A stretch of 64,000 nt of DNA. It comes from Paecilomyces variotii (lineage: Eukaryota). Position 1 is the stretch's first letter, and every line of letters begins with the position of its first letter. Positions 39,145 through 49,641 of this stretch are shown one piece after another. The position numbers and the translations under genes were made by a program. The notes below the pieces were generated by a model. The model had not been told where the DNA came from and did not search any database. It saw only the letters and a program-made list of their open reading frames with translations. The stretch lies in the NCBI GenBank assembly GCA_004022145.1, contig RCNU01000018.1. One strand, written 5' to 3'.

Positions 39145-40100
39145 TTAATGCGGACGACGATCAATGACGCTCGCCAACTACAACAACCCGCACACTCCGG
39201 AGAAGTTTCGATAAGGATAGTCGCGAACGGTCTGTATATCCCGTTCAAAGATAGTGTCCACGAGACGCAGTTCAAAGCGCCAGAAGACAGCTGCCATCAC
39301 AATGTAGATTTCAGCCTGAGTAAAGCTGCAGGATAATCATCCCAGTCAGTGCACGGAAAATTGAGACTAGGTTCCCCACAGAAGCGCTTACTGCTGACCA
39401 ACGCACATCCGGGTGCCACGACCAAATGGAATATAGCAGTGGTCTAGCTTCATGCCATCTTTACAAACCTCGGGTCAGCATCCAGGACGGAAGATCTCTG
39501 AGTCAGGGAAGTACTTTTTGTCTTGCAGAACTTACCGGACACTTATGCCGAGTGGTATCTGTAGATCAGATGAGTATTATCATTCTCTGTTGTTGCTTGT
39601 GGGGGGTGTCACTGATCAAGGGTAACATTGAGGTCGTCAGACCCATAATCCGCATAGTTTCTTTAATGATGGCAGTCTACTTCCGTAGCAAATGTGGTAT
39701 GCCTGCGAAAGAACGATACTTATGAGGACCGGAAGAAATTCTAGCTTAGGTAGCTGTGGTAGTCGGCTACTTAGGGTACGGCATATTCCTGTCCAGTTCT
39801 GCTTGAATGGCGTAAAGGATACCATCAAGACACCCGGGTGGTCGACTTTCTTTCAAGAGCCGCATCTTCTCTTGATTGTACCTATTTCACGCTTTAATTG
39901 CTTGTTCTCTCTTTTTCTATTGGACGCAAAGGTGCCGCCAGCATCAACCCTAGTACTGTACAACTGGACCAGTGCTTACTCAGTGTAACATCAACATTGG
40001 AAGTACCGCAGGGTATATCTTTTTGTCCATCCATAGTGTCCATCCATTTGACAGCCTTTTCCTTAGAATCCAGAAAGACCCATTGGGCCGCCAAACGCTA
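39145..40100 (-). pseudogene. Cytochrome P450 pseudogene (C-terminal half recognisable; boundaries approximate)
   Basis: Minus-strand translation IPLGISVR*VLQDKKYFPDSEIFRPGC*PEVCKDGMKLDHCYIPFGRGTRMCVGQ|intron|FTQAEIYIVMAAVFWRFELRLVDTIFERDIQTVRD. Heme motif intact. Stops at 39532-39534 and 39475-39477, the K-helix is degraded (LEFLPVLISIVLSQAYHICYGSRLP), and frameshifts are present. Confidence 0.88.
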
Positions 40101-40445
40101 AGAGAAATCATTGTTTAGTCTTATAGGATCGGCGATTTCACAACTTACCGCAGACACAGAGTACGTCTGTGGCAAAGGCCAGAAAAGTCAAGCGTAGGTC
40201 TATAACTTTTTCTCTCTGCATATTTGACGAAAACGATCACTCAGTGCCTCGACTTGAGAACGCATAGTAGGTTGAAATTGTCGGAGAGTCTCTACAAACA
40301 TAAGACACAACAGGAGCTTCCCGCAGACGATGAACATGGTGATCAATAGTACCAAAGACTACCGTGGAGCCAGTTAATATGTATCTGTTTCTTCTGAAGT
40401 GAATTAACATACCTCCTAATCGGTCCCAATGGTGGAGACGCGCGC

Positions 40446-40796
40446 CAGCTCAACACTACTCTCCATGTCAACGAATGTCCATATAAAAAATGATGATTTT
40501 GAAACTTTCCACATCGTTCCTAATCAACCAAGAGGCCTGATTCTTATAGCTATATCGAAAACAGAACGAAATTCCCTTGCTACTATATCCAGTCAGTCAA
40601 ACCCCCCAAAAGCAACGTCGTAGCCTGCCTACATGCAGGCCTCCCTCTTGTCGGGTTTCTCCCACGCCTTCTAGCTCCACCCACAGAGACAAGTAGGCTG
40701 AGCTAGTTGCTAGAGAATTCAAGCTCAGCGAGGTTCGCTCCAGAAGCAATGACTTTTAGACAGTTATTCGTTGACATGGAGGTGTTCGTTGAGCTG
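40446..40796. mobile_element. Possible MITE-like element with 31-bp imperfect terminal inverted repeats
   Basis: 40446-40476 (cagctcaac-N6-ctccatgtcaacgaat) versus 40766-40796 (attcgttgacatggag-N6-gttgagctg) has perfect 16-bp and 9-bp inverted blocks with identical spacing. No coding capacity and no clear target-site duplication. Confidence 0.4.
40620..40741 (-). repeat. Dispersed non-coding repeat, copy 2
   Basis: Reverse complement aligns to 28562-28690 (see copy 1). Confidence 0.9.
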
Positions 40797-41028
40797 ACGG
40801 ATCCGCGCGCCAACGCGGGTCCAGAATTGGGGCCGATTAAGTACTTGGCAGATGGGGGATATTTGTGCCGTATTGCCCCTCCGGCTGCATTTGGAATCTC
40901 ATACTAACCTGCGTCTGCAACCTGAGTCAACGATGTATTAGATTCTATCTGCCTGAAGATTTGTAAAGCGAGCCCAACGTTGCCAGGATCCTCCCAACTC
41001 TCATACGACTCCATCATTCATCATTGTT

Positions 41029-42824
41029 ATGATGACTTCTTCTGAGTTCGAAGGTTTCGATGCCATTATCGTCGGTGGTGGCACGGCAGGATGTGTAGTC
41101 GCATCGAGACTTCGCCAGCGCAAACCATCCCTATCGGTACTGATCCTCGAAGCCGGTGGAGATCTGTCCCAGAACCCCCAGGTGTTTTCTGCACACGCTG
41201 GAATGTTACTCTTGGGCTCTGATGCCGACTGGAAATACATGAGTACTCCCCAATCTCACCTGAACAATCGGCCTATTTACTATGAGTCTGGTAAGGGTCT
41301 GTCGGGCAGTGCTGCGCTTAACAGTGGTGAGTGAATCTGTTCTTTACCTCTCCATTCGCATAGTTTGATACTAATTAGTCCTCTATTAGGTGGATGGATT
41401 CGCGGTGATGCACAAGACTACGACCACTGGGCTCGTCAAGTATCTGATCAGCGCTGGAGTTATGAGGGCCTTCTCCCTTATTTCAAGCGCACTGAGCACC
41501 ATTACGACCCTAATGGAGACCCAGAACAGCACGGATTCGAGGGACCGATTCATACGTCTTCTGTCTCCTCAAGCGGACGAAAATATCCACTGCGAGAGAC
41601 GGTTAAGAATGCTTTTTTGGGCCTAGGTATTCGTGCTATTCACGACGCGAATAATGGTCATCCTCAAGGGATTGCAGAGCTAATAAACAATTTTCCTGAT
41701 GGCCGCCGACAGCTGACGAGCCAAGTCTATCCACTGGATGGGGTCAAGGTTGTGACGGATGCCCTTGTCAAACGCGTGGTCCTCGATGATAGCAAAACCG
41801 CTACCGGCGTTGAATTGAAGGATGGCCGCATCTATTCTGTCCGTTCCGGTGGTGAGGTTATTGTTTCTGCAGGATCTTTGCGGACTCCCCAAGTCCTATT
41901 GCTATCTGGTATTGGCGATTCACAACAGCTGTCACAACACCAGATCCCACTGCAGATTGATCTGCCTGATGTTGGGCGCAATCTACATGATCATCTCATG
42001 GTCTTTCGATATTGGAAGCTGCGGGAGCCCGAGAAAGGTCTGGCCCTTGGTTCCCCACTGTTCAACGGGCCAAACTACGATAAAGGTGGACCTGGAGAAT
42101 GGATTGTGACGACGTCCGTTCCTTCAGAGGGGCTGCAGAATGCTTTAGCTAAAGATGAAGCAGACCCTACTGATAGTGACCATCATTTAGTTAGAGGTCC
42201 TCGGAGCCATTTGGAGCTTACTACAATCTATGCCGCGTTTGGTGGGGAGCTCTCCGGCCTCAACATTCCCGTTGATGGAACAGCGATCATGAATTTCTTT
42301 ATGGGCTGTTTACCAACATCTCGAGGATCGGTTACTCTACAGTCAAGTGATCCAGCCTCCCCTCCAGTTATCGACCCCAACTTTTACGCCACAGAAGCCG
42401 ATCGATTCGTCATGCGGGAGGGCTGGAGACTATTATCGAGGCTCATGCTCGAAACCGCCGAAGGCAAGGCCCTTGTTAAGGAAGAGATTGTCCCTGATGG
42501 TCACGACTCACTCTCGAGTGATGCGCCAGACGAAAGTATCGACGCACGCATTCGGTTGGCTGGGGTTACGACCTCTCACCCTGCGGGTACAGCAAGCATG
42601 GGTACCGTGGTTGATGGCTCCCTGAGGGTCAAAGGTGCCAACAATCTGAGAATAGTCGATGCAAGCATCGTAAGTCAAGGAATACTCGAATGGCGACATA
42701 GTCCGGTTATGGCTGACCTAAATATTAGATCCCCGTGCCGCTAGCATCCCACTATCAAGCAGCCGTCTATGCGATTGCCGAGCAAGCAGCTGATATCATT
42801 GTTGAGGAGAACCAGAGCCTGTAA
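41029..42824 (+). CDS. GMC oxidoreductase (AA3-type FAD dehydrogenase/oxidase), 3 exons, no signal peptide
   Basis: DAIIVGGGTAG (FAD binding), GKGLSGSAALN, VGRNLHDH, TSHPAGTASMG, LRIVDASI|IPVPLASHYQAAVYAIAEQAADII. Introns ~41328-41389 and ~42670-42728. Confidence 0.93.
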
Positions 42825-43617
42825 TTTTTCGAGTTTCAGATCGATGCTGATGATCGACTAATGCATGTATACATTGGCGTTGGCATCCGCCCGAGAATGA
42901 CTCCTTTGTTCCCCGAAGCGTTGGTAGGCTCGCCTCTATTGATGGCAGACGTTGCGATGAGTGGCCATGCATTGAGTGCAAGCAGTTTCACGGAGATTCC
43001 TACGAGAATTCCATCTACATTGTCCCGATCCGACGAGAAGGAAATCGGCGCCAGATTACATCGGACAGCATATCAATTAAGTCTATATATATGGAACGCG
43101 AGAATATTGCCCGAAAGCGAAAAAGGCCCCCAAAATCTTTACTGTATGCATGCTGCAGACTAATAACCACCCGCTATGTTGTAGAACCCCTACACACCGG
43201 TTCCCTGCACCACCTTCATGCGGGGGCCAAATGTAAGGATAAACGCATAGGGGGCCAAAACCAGCCAGCTAATAGAGTAAATATCAGCCCCAGACTCCAG
43301 CCCTTTGCTTGTTGGTTGCATTTCCTTATTGGGTCCGCTCGTTGCAATCAATACTGTCTTATTTTTCTTATCGCATTTCGCGGAGGGGTTCACATTGTAG
43401 CCTGTAGGATGATCATAGGACTAAAGAGGAATCCAAGTAAAGTCCTGGGGACTCTGTTGTCATTTATGTGAGGGCATTTCCCAAACAACATGCATTTTCT
43501 TTTGTCTTGATCTCATCCTTCGGCGTTCGTCTTGTTTGCTAACTTTTTCTTCTTGCTGTCGCTTTTCTAGGCCAGAAGTGTGATCACTATCATTTGATTG
43601 ATAACATACCCCGCTTT

Positions 43618-44950
43618 ATGGCTATCACGGCTTCCCCAAGCAGCGGTGGGAAAGTCCCCGCAGATGGGGCGAGTGCTATGGCTATCAGACAAATCATCGC
43701 CAGTGTTGTAATGCCTACGATCGCCATCATAGCGACTGGACTCCGGTTCTTAGCGCGAAGGATGAGACGGGCGAAGCCGGGAATTGAGGATTGGTTAATT
43801 GTCGGAGGTTCAGTATGGACGATTGGATATGGAATATGTAATATACTATGTAAGTGCTCTTTCTTTCTTTTTTTCAGCATTTGTCATTTCGAACTCTAGA
43901 TATGTACTAATTCTTCAAACTCAGCGGCCACACTAGGTGCAGTTGGATGGTCATCTGCAGTGCTAGTTGAGGCTGGCCAGAACGATCATGTTATTGCTCA
44001 ACTCGAGGTTCGTTGTGGTTTATTTCTACAGAAGCAGATCAAGAACGAAAGATGGAAAAGGTTGAACTGACAACAAAAATTGTGATCCATATATATAGCT
44101 TGCCATTGCTGGCCAGGTCCTCTACGCATTGGCGCTTGGGTGCGTCAAAGTCAGTATCTGTTTGCAATTGATTGGGATCTTTAGGATCCACCGGTTGTTC
44201 CGATCGTTAGCATCTGTCGTTCTCATACTCAGTATCTGCTGGTCTTTCCAGACGATTCTAATCGCATTCCTGATCTGCCGGCCTCTCTCACGCAACTGGG
44301 TCAAGCAGAGCGAAGGAACCTGCGGCAACATACACGGAGCCTACATTGCAATTGGAATCGTGGATATATTTACGGATACATTGATCTTCTTGCTACCAAT
44401 CCCAATGATCCAGACACTCCAGGTGCCAACGCGCACCAAATTGGCGACCATGGCCATCTTCGCCCTGGGCGGGTTGACAATTGGTGCGGGCATCACACGA
44501 ATTGTGGAGGTGTCGCGTGTCGAGTTCAACCCCTCCGACGTCGAGCCAGGCGTCAAATTTATCGTGTGGTCCATCGTGGAGCCCAGCATCGGAGTCACAG
44601 TTGCTTGTATGCTGGTTATGAGGCCGTTGTTTGTGCGGATCAGTGAAAGTCTCTCATCGTGGGCCCCGTGGAAGACACAGAACAGCGATCAAGGGAACAA
44701 TTATGCCGGATCTGAAAAGGTACTCCAAGGAAAGCAGCGCTTCACGAGCACGATAAGTCATCAGTTCGTCAAACTATATCCTGAATTCAATGGGACCCTC
44801 CTGAACAGCATAACATCTGCGAACGAAGGGTCTATCAACATCTCCCTGAACCGGGATCAAGAACGAGATGGAGTATCCAGTCATTCTGATCATCAAACAG
44901 TAGCATCTTCGTCATCTGGCAAAGAACAGTTCCCTATACATGTGGTTTGA
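43618..44950 (+). CDS. Pth11-like / fungal rhodopsin-domain integral membrane protein (no CFEM), 3 exons
   Basis: ATGLRFLARR...EDWL, VKVSI...IF, CRPLSRNW...GTC, DIFTD.LIFLLPIP.I..LQ....K......FALG and WSIVEPSIGVTVACM...PL. Confidence 0.88.
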
Positions 44951-45481
44951 CTTGTTCTCTGTATATTATTCGTCGCACTTTGCAGCTTTCACTGTCGGGT
45001 TAAAGAGAGCGTCTCGACGGAGTTATTGACTTGTTTCACGGGAGGTATTAATTTGACTACTGTCACTCCATGACAATTATATATACGTATATAGAAAATA
45101 TTGAGAATGCCGCTGAACATACAGCCAATATATCATTGCAGTAACGGTTGCTATGTAGCAGCCCTTTGATTGGAGTCCTGCTCCCTAGGTGCGTATATTG
45201 CCGTATTCAGCAGGTGACACGGTAACGCTAATGGTGCCCTTTGGTGTCCCCGAAGCAATGCCATAAAATAATAAGAAAACAAAGGCACCATACGCAGAGA
45301 CGAGCTAGCGATAAATATCCAGAAACTCCTTGCGCCAGATATACTCAGCGCCAACCCGCAGAACCAAAGCAACTGGGAGAGCAGAAAGAGATGATCGATG
45401 ACATATTCTTAGACAACCTGTTCCCCTTTATGCACGAGCCGATTAACTTCATCTGCATATATTGCAACGCGCCACAATAGT

Positions 45482-46638
45482 CTAATGGTGGTTATCATCG
45501 CCGCTAATTACACTGCCAACTTCTGACCAGCTTGCAGGAGTAGAAATACCATCGACCAGGTGACCATTGTCGCTTAACGTGCCATCTGATGACGCATCTG
45601 AAATGTCATGGCGGACATGGGTCAGGCTTCCGGCGATTGAAGACGCAGATGAGATACCACGCTGATGACCCTGGTCGTCTGAAAACGGCGACTGGATGCC
45701 CGCGTTATTTGCATCATGCAGCAGCTCTGGACGAGCATAATAGAAGCCAGATTCCATATCTACACTGTAGTTTGTTGATGACCTGCGTGAGGCAACTGAG
45801 AAAAATTCGGACTCTGTCAATGGCTGCTGTTCTGCATGGTGATCTGCCCAGCCAGCATCAGCTTCTGGGAATTCCGAAGTCGGTGTGAGGTCGACGAGTG
45901 CTTCAGAAGGGTGGTTAGATGAGACTTCAGAAGTAACAGCAATTCGCAGTCTCTCGCGACCAGCAGTTTCCAGAAGGTCGCGCTGGTACTGCGACTGCTC
46001 TTCCGAGTTGACCCTAGTCTCCGATTGCCCTCGTCGGTTTGAAACTTCCGAAAGGTCCATGTCAATAGCTGTCGACCTTGCTAGAGGCTCATCAAGGATT
46101 CCAAGATCTTCATCTTTCTTGAGATTCCCATGTTCGTCTACTAGTGTATCAAAGGTACCACTCGAACTGGAGGCCTTCCTTCGTCGTCGGGCCTCCAGCA
46201 GAGCGCCTCGCCGCATAATCTCTTCTCGAGCTCTCCGCCTTCGCTCTTCAGCCGCCTCACCCATCTCCTCCGTCATGGAGATATTCTCCGGACGAGAGTC
46301 GCCTGGATGGATTTCATCTCCAAGGCTGTGAAGGGCCACCGCGATCTTCCGACGAGAGTTGCTTACCCATTGTCGAACCTGAGGATTTTCGTACGCCGCG
46401 ATGCCTGCAGCAACCAGTACAGAGACAGTAATGATGAGCCCTATGTCCCTGTGTCAGCGCTGCTATATCTAACGCCAGCTCTAGTCACACATGGGGGAGA
46501 AACGGGTGGGAACATAGACCGACGCATGTAGATTTAAACATCGACCGCGCCTATCCACACCGCCCCGGCTCTATCCGGTGATGGTATGCATGCCAATCAG
46601 GGGCTGCCAAACTCACCTTTTGCCAACGGCGCAGTCAT
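45482..46638 (-). CDS. Conserved-looking fungal hypothetical protein, N-terminal TM plus acidic/Ser-rich disordered body, 2 exons
   Basis: MTAPLAK|GLIITVSVLVAAGIAAYENPQVRQWVSNSRRKIAVALHSLGDEI joins ORF 45482..46339. Ends TPASWSEVGSVISGDD. Confidence 0.8.
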
Positions 46639-46996
46639 CGTGAGTCGAGACAGATCTTGGGGAGCCTGTTCCCCGCCAAGACAGCTTGGATGAGATGAGT
46701 GAAATAATGTATCCCAGTGCTTTGGGAGGCAAAAGAGAAGGCGAAGAGGAGAAACGAAGCAGCCTGGCAGTCTCGGCGATAGCGGCCGATAGAGCGCGTC
46801 ATGCCCCGCTGAGGGTCCCGCACGTGGTTCCAGAAACCCTTATCCGCAGGCCCTAACAACTGTCCCCTTTCGGACAAGCTGTTTCTCCACCGGCACGCGT
46901 TGATGAGGGAGTTGGAGTTGGAGATAGCATCACCATCTGGCATTCCATCCACAGAGCAGGACATCTATTCTATTCTGTGCATTGGAATCCCTCAAT

Positions 46997-48562
46997 ATGT
47001 CTCGTCCTACCATCCCGCCACAGCGAAATCTGACGCTCACAGAGGAGTTGGAAAAGCTCGAGCAGTCCATTACTCTGACACTGCAAGGTGAGTAAACAAT
47101 AGCCTGTACTTGAATATCCGATCGGTTAGACAGTCGGGGGAGCTTACTGATCATTATATCTTGTCAGAGATCGATTCAAATTTCAGTCGAGCCCATCGCA
47201 TTGTCACAACAACTATTCTCCCGATCGTGGAACAATACGCGGAACACTCGAGAGATGTCTGGGAGGGCGCAAAGGTGGGCAACGGGTGGATTGGATCGAC
47301 ACCGTACATGCGCTGTGCAGCTAACAGGTCTTCCTGGTACAGTTCTGGAAACAATTCTTCGAAGCGAGTGCCAATGTCTCATTATCGGGTTACGAAGATC
47401 AGCCCAACGAGGACGCAACGGAGCAGGAACCGACAGTAACTGAAGGAGACACGACGGCAGCCGACACCACCCAAACCGCTGAAGAGCACACTTCATACGA
47501 AGACCAATCCTCGCAACATATCGACCTCGAAAATGAAGAAGATGAAGATTTGAACTTCTCGTCACTCTCCCTATCTCAGGGTCACAGTACTCCCAGAGTG
47601 CATCCTAGTCAGAAAACAAAAATCGAGGATGATGTGACGAGTTCATCCATTCCATATCCGTCGCCATACGAAACTCTACGGCAAGAAGTCGTGGAAACGG
47701 AGGCGCCGTCCGTGTTACGGGACGCAGCTCTTAGCACTCCTGGGAAGTTTACGTCGCGCACCCATGATATAACGGAGGACATCTCAGTGACACCTGGTTC
47801 CTCACCTTTCATCCCCCCAGCATCCCATATCAAGCAGGAAACGGCCCAGAAAAGCAAGTACCAAAAGTCAACCGACCCTGTCCTTCATCGTGTGCTGGAT
47901 AAGACCTACCGCGTCCAGGCCACGCCCTTGGGCAAGGGATACGGCAACACCCGCAGCAAGTTCGCCATAACGCCCAAGACGAAGCCGGCATCGAAATACA
48001 ACTTCGATGATTCACCCATCTCCAGTCCCGAGCCGGAGGCGCCCCAGCTTCACGCGGAGATATTCTCTTCCCCTCTTAAAGGCGAGACCCCGGCTACCAA
48101 TCGCAAGCGCCGTACAAGCAGCATACCTCATATGACTCCGAAGCCAGGCATCAGTGTCCTGACACCAGCGAAGAAGCTCACTGGAAAGTCCGCCATTTTC
48201 GATAGCGATGACGATCTCGATAATGAGGATGAGTTTGGCTACAGCCCGCCTAAGACTATGCAGTTCCATATCCCGCAGAGTCGACTCATGAAAACTCCTG
48301 GTATGTTACGTACTCTCCTTACACATTTCCATACTTTCCCTTGTCCTTGTCCTTGTCCTTGTCCTTGTCCTTGTCCTTGTCCTTGTCCTTGTCCTTGCGA
48401 CGCAGCTCCTAATATATCATTGAAATAGCCAAAGAAGCATCCAGACGCATAGTCGAAGATCTCCTTGCAACCGCAGGCGGCGACGACATCAGCGATACCT
48501 ACGACGAACAAAGTCCGAGCGTCATCGGCCGCGCCAAGGCATTAGAGGACGAGACGTTCTAA
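46997..48562 (+). CDS. ask1: DASH/Dam1 kinetochore complex subunit Ask1, 4 exons
   Basis: RNLTLTEELEKLEQSITLTLQ|EIDSNFSRAHRIVTTTILPIVEQY...VWEGAK|FWKQFFEASANVSLSGYE is the Ask1 domain. SP/TP-rich tail, and last exon AKEASRRIVEDLL...DETF*. Confidence 0.93.
48339..48398 (+). repeat. (CCTTGT)9+1 hexanucleotide microsatellite in ask1 intron 3
   Basis: Nine perfect units plus CCTTGC, between donor GTATGT (48301) and acceptor TAG (48428). Confidence 0.95.
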
Positions 48563-49641
48563 CGGCATGAAATACGTATGAAGATATAGCTATCTGGTAG
48601 CATCTTAGCTGATTATGTCTCGTGCTGTACATATCATACTTCACTATCCATTTCATGTCAGGCATTCTTCTTCCCCAAATAGCATGTAGAACTCATAACC
48701 AACAGTGTATCTGTAGGTTATAAAGCCAACTCCTCGTAGAATAATTCTCAAGACTCTGTACTTGGTGAGTTCGTGACGGGATATTCCCACGCTGTTGCTC
48801 GAGTGAGCTCCGTCCACGGAGATAAATCGCCTGAGCTTGTCGGAGAATTCACGCATCATGCAGCTGAAACCCAGCCTGCCAAATCCTTGAACATGACCCA
48901 TCTTACTTTACTAACACGACCGGAGGAAAAGCTTAATGCCGTCTGAACACGACAGCTCAATTCATTTCTAGTAAAACACATTTCATACTCACCGCTGCTA
49001 AACGCTCAAAAGCTCGCTAGCTAGCTAACATGTTCAAACATTCGCTCGCAAATAGTTCGCTCGAGGAAACAAATCGAGAGGAGGCCAAGTTTGGTACATC
49101 GGGGCATGGAAGAAGACCACCCGGTAGTTTGGAAATTCACAAAGCAAGAAAAAAGAAGAAGAAACAAAGGAAAATGGGTATAATCCTGACATGAGCAAAA
49201 AGAGCACGTAGGCGAGGCCATCTCGTTGGGGAATGGCATGTCGCTGAAGGAAACTAGCTTCGAGCCTGCGGGAAGTATTAAAAAATGGTGAGCTGGTGTG
49301 GTAAAAAAAGCTCGTTCGGAATCGAAGCTGGAGGAGACATGCATGGGTATCAACCATGAGGGCGCTGTCGTGAATGAATACAGAAGCAAGAAAAGAGAAA
49401 ATCCGCGCCATGATATGTACACGTTCTCCACCCCTGAGAGAGTCTTCAAATATGAAGCGTATCCGTAATTTCCCAAGGGTAAACTGAACAAGAGCACATT
49501 CAAATGTCCATGGACAAATCCAACCACTCCAATGTACGAAACCGACGAACGGACATCTCTGAGAAGCGATAGTGAAACTGATGCACTTTCGCGTTATGCG
49601 ATCAAAAGATTCGGTCTGGAATGCCAGGCATGTCTTGTCGA

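Noticed and set aside
28562-40741. Calling the accessory block a Starship
   Set aside because: No DUF3435 tyrosine recombinase, the 5S gene is intact rather than split, and the block is small with long inverted ends.
30553-44950. Secondary-metabolite gene cluster (P450, GMC oxidoreductase, membrane protein)
   Set aside because: No backbone enzyme (PKS, NRPS, terpene synthase, DMATS) or cluster transcription factor in the window.
48239-48511. PCPCPC and GQGQGQ repeat proteins in the ORF track
   Set aside because: These are translations of an intronic microsatellite. Splicing restores a normal Ask1 C-terminus.
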